Origin: Eubacterium limosum
GTDB lineage: Bacteria; Bacillota; Clostridia; Eubacteriales; Eubacteriaceae
Length of the DNA: 24,000 bases
Reading direction: 5' to 3'
NCBI RefSeq assembly: GCF_000807675.2
Contig: NZ_CP019962.1
Coordinates: 3,483,157 to 3,507,156, forward strand
The position numbers were made by a program, and so were the translations under genes. Below are positions 1 through 7,574 of this stretch, piece after piece (position 1 is the stretch's first letter; each line of letters opens with the position of its first letter). The notes beneath the pieces are model-generated. The model was not told the origin of the DNA. It saw only the letters and a program-made list of their open reading frames with translations, and ran no database searches.

Positions 1-246
1 CAGACGCCTGGAAGAACGCACGTGATTCATATAGCCATAAATATAAAGTTTTAGAAGATCACGTGGCGAGTACATCGGGCGGCCTGTTTGATTGGGTTTC
101 CACTTATTAAATCCGAGATTTTCGAAATCTAAGGTATCAACATAAGCATCAATGACACGTACAGGATTATTTTCATCGACATAATCCTCGATACAGTCTG
201 GAAGTAACATCCCTTGATGACGATTATTTCCAATAATGAAATCCAT
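1..246 (-). mobile_element. IS1182-family transposase, N-terminal part (truncated by window edge)
   Basis: Reverse complement reads MDFIIGNNRHQGMLLPDCIEDYVDENNPVRVIDAYVDTLDFENLGFNKWKPNQTGRPMYSPRDLLKLYIYGYMNHVRSSRRL, open to the window edge. This is a typical DUF772/IS1182 transposase N-terminus. The upstream GGGAGGGTATTCTTATG contains an SD-like sequence. Confidence 0.88.
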
Positions 247-382
247 AAGAATACCCTCCCGATTATTTTAAGATTATGTATTAATTATACCACGATTTTG
301 GGGATTTAGGTGGACTTTTGACACAAACTCCCCCTTAGACCCCAAAACCCCAAAAATCTAACAATATCCTAAGGAGAAAAAA

Positions 383-664
383 ATGACAAAAGTCAAAGAA
401 AGTTATGAGGAAGAATTAACCACTGTGTTATCTGCCATGCTTGGTTGCGAAGCAGATGAGGTAATGGATCTTTTCAAATCAAAAGACTGTGATCTTATAG
501 AATTGGCAGCACAGGCTGTATCAGAAAATGCATCAGCCTCAAGGGATTATGAAGTGAGCCTTGAGAATCTTAAAAAAGAAATTAATGATCAGGAAGAATG
601 GAGAGAAACATTTGAATCGGAGGGATACATCGGCTCTAACGAGATAGATGAAGATGGGCGGTAA
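383..664 (+). CDS. small acidic hypothetical protein (93 aa)
   Basis: ORF with RBS CTAAGGAGAAAAAATG; no family recognised. Confidence 0.65.
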   Translation: MTKVKESYEEELTTVLSAMLGCEADEVMDLFKSKDCDLIELAAQAVSENASASRDYEVSLENLKKEINDQEEWRETFESEGYIGSNEIDEDGR

Positions 665-680
665 AATGTAGAATACACTG

Positions 681-750
681 CCGGTCACGTGACCGGAAGT
701 CGTGCATCCCGCTATTTGAGTAGGTTTGAGCCGGTTTAAAAAAATGCTTA
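681..750 (+). promoter_or_regulatory. palindromic two-box intergenic element, copy 1
   Basis: Perfect 16-bp palindrome CCGGTCACGTGACCGG (681-696), with TTAAAAAAATG at 736-746. The same spacing is found in copy 2. Confidence 0.6.
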
Positions 751-778
751 ATGTTTAAATGATTATGGAGGTATCATT

Positions 779-1096
779 ATGAAATACAAGAATATGGCCC
801 TGAAAGAAGCTCAACTGAATGAGAAGGAAGCCTACCTTAAACAGTGGGAAGCAGAACTTAATAAAAGAGAAGAAGGGCTTAATTATCGACACAATGAACT
901 ACAAAAAACAGCTGATTTTTTAAGTGTAAGGATCGAAAAATTTAATGAACAGTTAGGAAAAGCACAAAAATCTTATATGGCAAAACGACAGCAGTTATCC
1001 GCATGGGAAAGTAAATTAAAAATAATAGAAAGGAATATTGGCATTCCGGACTATGAAACAAATAACGTTCATGGATATATACCCACAGAACGATAA
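779..1096 (+). CDS. coiled-coil hypothetical protein (105 aa)
   Basis: RBS TATGGAGGTATCATTATG; heptad-rich sequence (LNEKEAYLKQWEAELNKREEGLNYRHNELQKTADFL). Confidence 0.65.
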   Translation: MKYKNMALKEAQLNEKEAYLKQWEAELNKREEGLNYRHNELQKTADFLSVRIEKFNEQLGKAQKSYMAKRQQLSAWESKLKIIERNIGIPDYETNNVHGYIPTER

Positions 1097-1259
1097 ATGC
1101 TCAAAAATAAGAAAAGTATCCAGCAATGCTTTTTTTCTTGATGAAAATAAAAACATATCCTATGCGTCTAAATGCAATGATTGTAGGTTTGACTGTAAAC
1201 AGAGTTATCGTGCTAAGATAATCTGTTGCCCTAAATATGGAAGTAAAAATAAAATCTAA
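1053..1259 (+). CDS. small Cys-rich hypothetical protein; start could be TTG 1038 or ATG 1053
   Basis: MKQITFMDIYPQNDKC...KCNDCRFDCKQSYRAKIICCPKYGS. Overlaps the 3' end of the upstream ORF, which suggests coupling. Confidence 0.5.
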   Translation: MKQITFMDIYPQNDKCSKIRKVSSNAFFLDENKNISYASKCNDCRFDCKQSYRAKIICCPKYGSKNKI

Positions 1260-1288
1260 AAAAATAGCCTTTTCTGGCACTAAATTTT

Positions 1289-1312
1289 ATCACTCAGTTG
1301 AGTGATTTTTTT
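1289..1312 (+). terminator. Rho-independent terminator
   Basis: ATCACTCA GT TGAGTGAT inverted repeat followed by a T tract. Confidence 0.7.
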
Positions 1313-1338
1313 ATTGTCTAAATACAGGAGGAAGATCA

Positions 1339-2427
1339 ATGCGGTATCAAGAGAAAGTTCAAATAGCGAACACAATGTCAATTTTTGAATATTGTCAGTT
1401 AATTGGCTTTGAGCTCAAGAAAGTCGGCAGTGATTATAAGCATCCAGACCCGCAAGGGGATTGGAATGGTCTTAATGTTACTTTGGACGGTTGGGGTTGG
1501 AAAAACTTCTCGCCGGACAGTGTTGCATTTGACCGTGGCGGCCCGATTCTCTTTGTCCGTTGGCTGCATGAAGTTCAAACTGGTGAAGCCTATGATCAAG
1601 TAGAAGCTATCAATGAAATGGTAAAACTCAAAGGTTATGACTTGTCCGAAGAAATTTCAAAAAAGGATTATCAAGCATTGATCCGCCAAAATATAGGCAA
1701 TACGAAAAAGAGATGGGAAAACAAGGAAAGCAGAATAAATCAAAAGAAAGAATTTAAACTGCCTCCCAAAAGCAATACCTACAATCGGCTTTTTGCTTAT
1801 TTAACAAAGAAAAGAATGCTGGATAAAGCTTTTGTTCAAAAGCTCGTAGATCACCATGTTCTTTATGAAAGTGGTGATTTTCACAATTGTGTGTTTCTTT
1901 ACAAAAATTTCAATCAGGAAGTCGTTGGTGCATTCTTGCGAGGAACCTATGACCGTGATGGAAAGAAATTCCAGAAATGTATTGGGGATGATGAAAAATA
2001 TGGTTTTGAAATAAAAGGAATAAACGACCGGATGCGAATCTTTGAATCGCCTATTGATCTTCTCAGCAGAATGACCATATTTAAAACATTTGCACCACAT
2101 CGACTTAAAACAGCGCTAGAAGATACATGGTTTAGTATGAACGGATTAAAACATGAGAAAGTTTTTCATTATCTGGAAAATCATCCGGAAATCAATGTTG
2201 TTGTATTATCCGTTGATAATGATCCACCAGATAGATTTGGAAAAAGAAGAGGGCCTGATTTTTGTATTAAATTCAAGGAACTGATCGAAGAAAAATATCC
2301 TGGAAGATATGAACTAAAAATAGATACTCCAAAATACACAAAGGATTGGAATGAAGATTTAGTTTATATGAAAACCCAAAGCTTATCAATACATACACAA
2401 AATATAGAATGTGCGGCTGAGAGATAA
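1339..2427 (+). CDS. DUF3991/Toprim domain primase-like protein of mobile elements
   Basis: RBS AGGAGGAAGATCAATG. Toprim-like Glu (RIFESPIDLLSR) and DxD (VVVLSVDNDPPDRFG) motifs, preceded by a DUF3991-like region (TYNRLFAYLTKKRMLDKAFVQKLVDHHVLYE). Confidence 0.8.
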   Translation: MRYQEKVQIANTMSIFEYCQLIGFELKKVGSDYKHPDPQGDWNGLNVTLDGWGWKNFSPDSVAFDRGGPILFVRWLHEVQTGEAYDQVEAINEMVKLKGYDLSEEISKKDYQALIRQNIGNTKKRWENKESRINQKKEFKLPPKSNTYNRLFAYLTKKRMLDKAFVQKLVDHHVLYESGDFHNCVFLYKNFNQEVVGAFLRGTYDRDGKKFQKCIGDDEKYGFEIKGINDRMRIFESPIDLLSRMTIFKTFAPHRLKTALEDTWFSMNGLKHEKVFHYLENHPEINVVVLSVDNDPPDRFGKRRGPDFCIKFKELIEEKYPGRYELKIDTPKYTKDWNEDLVYMKTQSLSIHTQNIECAAER

Positions 2428-2430
2428 TAA

Positions 2431-2500
2431 CCGGTCACGTGACCGAAAGTCTTGAAAGCCCCATAAATAAAGACATAGAAGCATATTAAAAAAATGGCTA
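2431..2500 (+). promoter_or_regulatory. palindromic two-box intergenic element, copy 2
   Basis: CCGGTCACGTGACCGA at 2431-2446 and TTAAAAAAATG at 2486-2496. The offset (55 nt) is identical to copy 1. Confidence 0.6.
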
Positions 2501-2581
2501 AGGTCTATTTAAGCATAGAAAGGGGGGATGAAAATTGTAAAAATAGCGTAAGAGAGATGTTTCAAAAAGAGCATATTTATG

Positions 2582-2610
2582 TTGACTATGTAACAAAATG
2601 AGCGTAAAAT
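2582..2610 (+). promoter_or_regulatory. sigma-A type promoter for the CAP-domain surface protein
   Basis: TTGACT (2582-2587), 17-nt spacer, TAAAAT (2605-2610). Confidence 0.7.
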
Positions 2611-2628
2611 ATAACTATGATTTTACGC
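2602..2628 (+). repeat. inverted repeat overlapping the -10 box
   Basis: GCGTAAAAT (2602-2610), 9-nt spacer, ATTTTACGC (2620-2628); perfect 9-bp arms. Confidence 0.65.
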
Positions 2629-2677
2629 GAGAATTCAAAAATTAACGATTTAAATTCAAGAAAGAAGGAAATAAAAA

Positions 2678-5600
2678 ATGAAGAACAATAATGAAGTATC
2701 AAGCGTAATCAAATCAGCAAAGAAAGTAGCTATCGGAGCAGGCGTTGTTAGTGGCGTGGCAGCATTCTCAGTATTGTCAGGTGGGCAAGTATTAGCAGAA
2801 GAATTACCCGCGGATCGGGCAAACCTGGAAATGGTCGTAACCGAAGAGGCACAGCAGGAAGTTAATAACGTATCAAACGAAGAGCTGGCAGCAGCTAATG
2901 AGGTCATTGCTAACAGCGTTGAAGACACTAACGTTGAAGCAGAGACGTCCGATTTGGCAGACACACAAACAGAAGTGTCCGCCAATGATGAAGACTATTC
3001 TTGTTCAGAAGAACCAGAATATGAAGAAGACACCTCTTATGCGGAAGATGCCGGATACGGGGAAGAGGATTCATACACTGAGGACACTGGTTTTGAAGAT
3101 GAATTGATTGAGGACAGCAATGCTTCAGCAGACGAAGAAATCGTAGATGATACGATGGAAACACCGGATACAGACATCAATACCGATCAGTCCATTGAGA
3201 ATGATCTCGCAAACGATCTGGTGCAGCCACCAGTAGATGCGTCCACCGATAAAACAATTCAGGATGAAAACAGCACAGATAAAGACACAAGTGATCTGGA
3301 CGCAGACAAAACCGATGGTGAACAAATTCAGGATGAAAAAACAGATGCCGAAGTAAAGGAGGATGATAAAACTCCAACGGTAACTGAGGACAATAAAGTT
3401 AAAGACGAGATCAAAAATAAAGAGGAAAAGGAACAAGGAAATATGATAGTAGATTCAAATGTACAGAACACAACTGTACAGGACGCCCAAGTTCAGGCAG
3501 CCCAGAATACGCAGCAGTTCATGGAAGCCGCAATGCAGACGGCCCAGAACTATGGCCAGAGTTTAACCCAGAAAGATATTGTGGATCTGTATAACAAGTA
3601 CGTGTCCCCATATCATGACGCATCGAAGGAAGGCGACCTGTTTGCAATGATTGAAGAAACCTATAATGCAGACGGCACCTTGTCGCAGCAGAGCCAGGAA
3701 GCCGCATTGGGACTCATTAACTTTTTCCGTGCGCTTTGCGGACTCGGTGAAGTGACGATTTCTCAAGAGGATAACAAATATGCCCAGGCCGGTTCCGACT
3801 ATCTGGCAGACACAAACTTTGAAAGCGGTAACCCACATAATGCAGCTGATGGCAGTGGAAACGAGGACGCGATCAAAGGGCTGCACTCGTCCAATATTTC
3901 CATGGGAAGCCATGGTTACAGCATTTACGATCTGTTACTCATGCAGTTTGGTGACGATGATGATCAAAATGGGACTTCCCTCGGTCACCGCAGATGGTTA
4001 CTCGATCCCGATTTGAAGACTGTGGGCTTTGGAGCAGCCAAAGGAAGCAGCTGGAAATATTTTGTACTGACTTACACGGCAGTTGACAATCCAGACCGGG
4101 AAAATGTCGCATTCCCTAATAACGGTTTCTTCCCCATTGAAGCTTTGATCAGCAGTTCAACCATGTACGGTGCACCTTTCAACGTATCTCTGGGAACAGA
4201 CTATAAAGTCACCAGTCCAAGCGGTATGAAAGTGACCATCACAAAAGATGATGGCACTACCACTGAATTTAATTATGTCAGCTCAAGCTCCAATCCGGAT
4301 TTTAATGATAACTGGTGGACAGTCAACACGGGTGGTTATGGCAGCGGCTCCGCCATTATCATTAACCCGTCCTACAGCTGGTTAGGCGATTATCAAGCCC
4401 TTGCCGGTCATTCATTCACTTTCACCATTACTGGACTAACTGATAAAGATGGCAACCCGGCCACCATCACCTACACCATCAACTTCTTCTCATTGCAGCA
4501 GGCCATTAAAGACCAGGCAGCGGATCGGGAAGCTGCGCAGAAGGTGACGGATCAGATTAACGGGATTAAACCAACAGATGAGCTTACCTATAAAGATTAC
4601 GATCCCGTAAAAGCAATTGAATCAGCCTACAATGGCTTGACCGCATCTCAGAAGGATTATGTTTCTCAGGACAACGTCCAGAAGCTCACTGAAGCTGTTC
4701 AGAAAGTCACAGAACTGAAAGCGAATCATGAAGCCGATCAGAAAGCAGCGGACGCAGTAAAAGCTGCCATCAACCAGATACCAGCAGACGTTACACTGGA
4801 TGCCGAAGACAGTGTTACCTCGGCTCGAGAAAAATACGATCAGCTGACACAGGATCAGAAAAATCTGGTCGATAACTACCAGAAGCTGACCGATGCGGAA
4901 TCAACCATCGAAGCATTGAAGAAAGAACAGGCAGAAAATCAGGCAGCGGCACAGAAAGTAACCGACCTGATCAATGCTCTGCCGGATACCATTACCTTGG
5001 AAAATAAAGCAGCGGTTGAAGAAGCAAGAGCCGCCTATGATGCACTAAACGATAAGGCAGAAGCCATGGTCAGCAGCCAGACCGTAAGTAAGCTGACCTC
5101 AGCAGAGTCAAAAATTGCTCAGCTCGAAAAAGAAGCCAATGACCTGAAAGAAGCGTCCAAAGTGATCAATCAGATCAATACCCTGCCAGGCGTTAATGAC
5201 ATTGAGCTTGAGGATGAAGCTGAAATCGTAGCTGCCAGAGCCGCTTATGCCGGTTTAACGGATGATCAGAAAGCCATTGTTGAAAAAGAAGGCGCAGTGA
5301 AGACCCTTGCCAATGCGGAAAAGAAACTGGCCGAAGTCAAGCTTCAGCATATGCAGGACGAAGAAGCGGTTAAAACGGTCACCGAGGCGATCAATGCATT
5401 ACCGGGGACGGACGCGTTACAGCTGAGCGATGAAGTAGCGGTCAACGACGCGGCGAATCTCTACAACGCCATGACCGACACTCAGAAAGATATGATGGAA
5501 CAGGCCGTTGTTCAGAAATTAGAAGATGCAAAAACCCAGATGGCCAAACTCATTGAACAACACAAGATTGATGTTGAAGCCGCAAAAACGGTCACTGATC

Positions 5601-6601
5601 AGATCAACAGCTTACCTTCAGTTATAGATCGTGATGCGGAAACAGCGGTGGCAGAAGCCAGCGAAGCCTATAACGGATTAACCGATACCCAGAAAGCATT
5701 AGTCGATCCAGCTGCCGTTAACAAACTGGAAGCTGCGGTTAAGGTGATTGACAATATTCATACCGCAGACGCGGTTACTGATCAGATTGAAGCGTTACCT
5801 TCGGTCGATGATTTAACCTTAGAAAACCGAGAGGCTGTGAAAGCTGCTGTTAATGCCTATAATGCCCTGACCGACGAACAGAAACAGTACATGGATGCCA
5901 ATACCAAGGCAGCTCTTGACAGTCTGGTACACCAGATTGATGTGCTTGACGTTGAAAATGTGACGAATATCATCAATGACCTCAAGGATCTTGATGATCT
6001 GACACTGGAAGACAAAGAAGCCGTACAGCGGGCATCCGATGCCTACGACGCACTTTCTCCTGAAGCCAAAGCGATGATGGACAAAGAAGTTTATGATAAA
6101 CTGGATCAGGCCGAAGATAAAATCACCGATCTGAAAGACGAACAAGCAGCCGATCAGGTTGAAACAGTGGTCGGCGCGCTGAAAAATCCGGGTGAACTCA
6201 CATTGGATGATAAAGGCGCAGTCTATGCAGCCAGAGACATGTACAATGCACTCTCCGAAAATGCGAAATCGAAAGTTGATCCTGCCATGGTACAAAAGTT
6301 AGCCGATCTGGTGAAACAGATGGATCAATTAGTTGCCGATAATGAAGCCGCACAAAATCCAGGACAAGATGGAAATGGCGGAGCCGGTAATGTGAATGAT
6401 GGCAGCAACGGTGGAGCTGGTGGTTCGACAACCGGCACTGGCACCGTCGTTGATCAGAACGGTACGGATAATGGTACAAACGGTCCGAATACCGGGATCA
6501 GCCAGACACGCAGCACTGGATTAATCGCCAGCATTCTCGCATTGTTCGGAATTGGCGGTGCGGGTTTATTCGCCAGAAGAAAACGTAAAGCCAGCAAATA
6601 A
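2678..6601 (+). CDS. secreted, probably wall-associated CAP/SCP-domain protein with nine helical repeats
   Basis: Signal peptide MKNNNEVSSVIKSAKKVAIGAGVVSGVAAFSVLSGGQVLAEE, acidic linker, CAP-like domain (LGLINFFRALCGL...HNAADGSG...GTSLGHRRWLLDPDLKTVGFG). Nine repeats of type A.KVTDQINALP....LTLED..AV.AAR.AYNALTD.QK..V....KL..A. C-terminal tail TRSTG-LIASILALFGIGGAGLF-ARRKRK. Confidence 0.88.
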   Translation: MKNNNEVSSVIKSAKKVAIGAGVVSGVAAFSVLSGGQVLAEELPADRANLEMVVTEEAQQEVNNVSNEELAAANEVIANSVEDTNVEAETSDLADTQTEVSANDEDYSCSEEPEYEEDTSYAEDAGYGEEDSYTEDTGFEDELIEDSNASADEEIVDDTMETPDTDINTDQSIENDLANDLVQPPVDASTDKTIQDENSTDKDTSDLDADKTDGEQIQDEKTDAEVKEDDKTPTVTEDNKVKDEIKNKEEKEQGNMIVDSNVQNTTVQDAQVQAAQNTQQFMEAAMQTAQNYGQSLTQKDIVDLYNKYVSPYHDASKEGDLFAMIEETYNADGTLSQQSQEAALGLINFFRALCGLGEVTISQEDNKYAQAGSDYLADTNFESGNPHNAADGSGNEDAIKGLHSSNISMGSHGYSIYDLLLMQFGDDDDQNGTSLGHRRWLLDPDLKTVGFGAAKGSSWKYFVLTYTAVDNPDRENVAFPNNGFFPIEALISSSTMYGAPFNVSLGTDYKVTSPSGMKVTITKDDGTTTEFNYVSSSSNPDFNDNWWTVNTGGYGSGSAIIINPSYSWLGDYQALAGHSFTFTITGLTDKDGNPATITYTINFFSLQQAIKDQAADREAAQKVTDQINGIKPTDELTYKDYDPVKAIESAYNGLTASQKDYVSQDNVQKLTEAVQKVTELKANHEADQKAADAVKAAINQIPADVTLDAEDSVTSAREKYDQLTQDQKNLVDNYQKLTDAESTIEALKKEQAENQAAAQKVTDLINALPDTITLENKAAVEEARAAYDALNDKAEAMVSSQTVSKLTSAESKIAQLEKEANDLKEASKVINQINTLPGVNDIELEDEAEIVAARAAYAGLTDDQKAIVEKEGAVKTLANAEKKLAEVKLQHMQDEEAVKTVTEAINALPGTDALQLSDEVAVNDAANLYNAMTDTQKDMMEQAVVQKLEDAKTQMAKLIEQHKIDVEAAKTVTDQINSLPSVIDRDAETAVAEASEAYNGLTDTQKALVDPAAVNKLEAAVKVIDNIHTADAVTDQIEALPSVDDLTLENREAVKAAVNAYNALTDEQKQYMDANTKAALDSLVHQIDVLDVENVTNIINDLKDLDDLTLEDKEAVQRASDAYDALSPEAKAMMDKEVYDKLDQAEDKITDLKDEQAADQVETVVGALKNPGELTLDDKGAVYAARDMYNALSENAKSKVDPAMVQKLADLVKQMDQLVADNEAAQNPGQDGNGGAGNVNDGSNGGAGGSTTGTGTVVDQNGTDNGTNGPNTGISQTRSTGLIASILALFGIGGAGLFARRKRKASK
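4510..6340 (+). repeat. region encoding nine tandem ~65-aa protein repeats (approximate bounds)
   Basis: Nine recurrences of the I(N/E)xLPxxxxLTLEDxxAVxxAxxAYNALTDxQKxxVD pattern, aligned by eye. Confidence 0.8.
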
Positions 6602-6625
6602 AAAGCAGAAATGGACAAAAACTTG

Positions 6626-6648
6626 AAAAAGGCGCATAGCGCCTTTTT
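6626..6648 (+). terminator. Rho-independent terminator
   Basis: AAAAAGGCGC ATA GCGCCTTTTT. Confidence 0.88.
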
Positions 6649-6806
6649 TCATTTTTTGCGTTGAAGTGATTTGATATTTCAAAATATAATAAATCTAGGT
6701 ACCTGAAACAGAATTTTTAATATAAACAATCCGTTTCAAGAGTGGCTTCTTATTATAAAGGTTTGATCTATGCTAAGTTAATGTTGGAAGGTGATTTTAA
6801 GTTGGA

Positions 6807-7409
6807 CTAAAGATTACTAAAAAAATCCCTACCAATTACAACCTTTTTTACGCCAGCAGATAAAAGGGTTTTGGCTCGATTAAAAGAAATGCCTCCATCA
6901 GTCCAGATTGCCTGTTGAGGGAAATCTTGACTAGCTTTTTTAATTTTATCGACCATAGTGTCAATAAAACACTGGTTTTTTCCATCAGGTTCGCTAGTCA
7001 TTAACAAAATCGAATGACAACGTTGGATAAGATATGCATAATTGTTAAGAGCAGTAAAAGGCAAAAAGGCCAACCCAACGGTTATATTATTTTCCTCAAA
7101 AAGAGAAAGAACTTCTGCAATATGTTGGGTGGATTCAGCATGAAAAAAGACACTGCATGGGCTGAGCTTTTTCAGAAGTGGAAGGTAGGCCACTGGTTCC
7201 GTGACCATCAAATGAACATTAAAATGAAGAGGACTCACATTGCGAAGGGACAACAATGTTCTCTCTCCAAAAGTGATATTATGGATAAAATTACCATCTT
7301 CAATATCAAGATGAAGTTCAGAATACCCTTTTTGTTCCACTAATTCTGCTTCAGTGCCAAGACAGAGTTGATTGGCCGAAGCCAGCGATGGTATGATGTA
7401 GTTTTGCAT
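6807..7409 (-). CDS. sgcE: ribulose-phosphate 3-epimerase family protein (SgcE-like)
   Basis: TIM-barrel RPE signatures: IIPSLASA, LHLDIEDGNFIHNITFG, FNVHLMVTEP, TDGGI. RBS AAGGAGGTCTTTATG on the minus strand. Symbol assigned from operon context and family only. Confidence 0.75.
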   Translation of the reverse strand: MQNYIIPSLASANQLCLGTEAELVEQKGYSELHLDIEDGNFIHNITFGERTLLSLRNVSPLHFNVHLMVTEPVAYLPLLKKLSPCSVFFHAESTQHIAEVLSLFEENNITVGLAFLPFTALNNYAYLIQRCHSILLMTSEPDGKNQCFIDTMVDKIKKASQDFPQQAIWTDGGISFNRAKTLLSAGVKKVVIGRDFFSNL

Positions 7410-7574
7410 AAAGACCTCCTTGATAATTTATTGATTACAGCATATCAGATCTCTTTTTATTTTTCAGGGGTCAATTTTTCAGGAAAAAGTTTAAAAAAAT
7501 GAATATTGTGTAAATACGTCTCGGGCATTATGATTAAAGTGCAAAGGCGCTACCGGAAAAAAGGAGGTGGAACA

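Noticed and set aside
274-279. TATAAT on the minus strand upstream of the IS1182-type transposase.
   Set aside because: No convincing -35 at 16-18 nt spacing. The IS boundary and terminal inverted repeats cannot be set without the other end.
681-696. CCGGTCACGTGACCGG considered as a terminator.
   Set aside because: No loop between the arms and no T tract. It fits a dyad binding site better.
4510-6340. Possible CRISPR or DNA-level tandem array.
   Set aside because: The periodicity is at the protein level only (~65 aa) and the nucleotide units are diverged. There are no short identical repeats with spacers.
2656-6601. Many long ORFs on the minus strand and in alternative frames across the CAP/repeat protein (for example 5819..6295 -, 3125..3436 -, 3563..3913 -).
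   Set aside because: They are antisense or out-of-frame to a strongly supported 1307-aa gene, have no good RBS or recognisable domains, and follow from the biased codon content of the repeats.
7506-7574. Longer N-terminus of the PRD regulator given by the ORF track.
   Set aside because: ATG 7575 has a near-perfect RBS (AAAGGAGGTGGAACAATG), and the HTH begins shortly after it.
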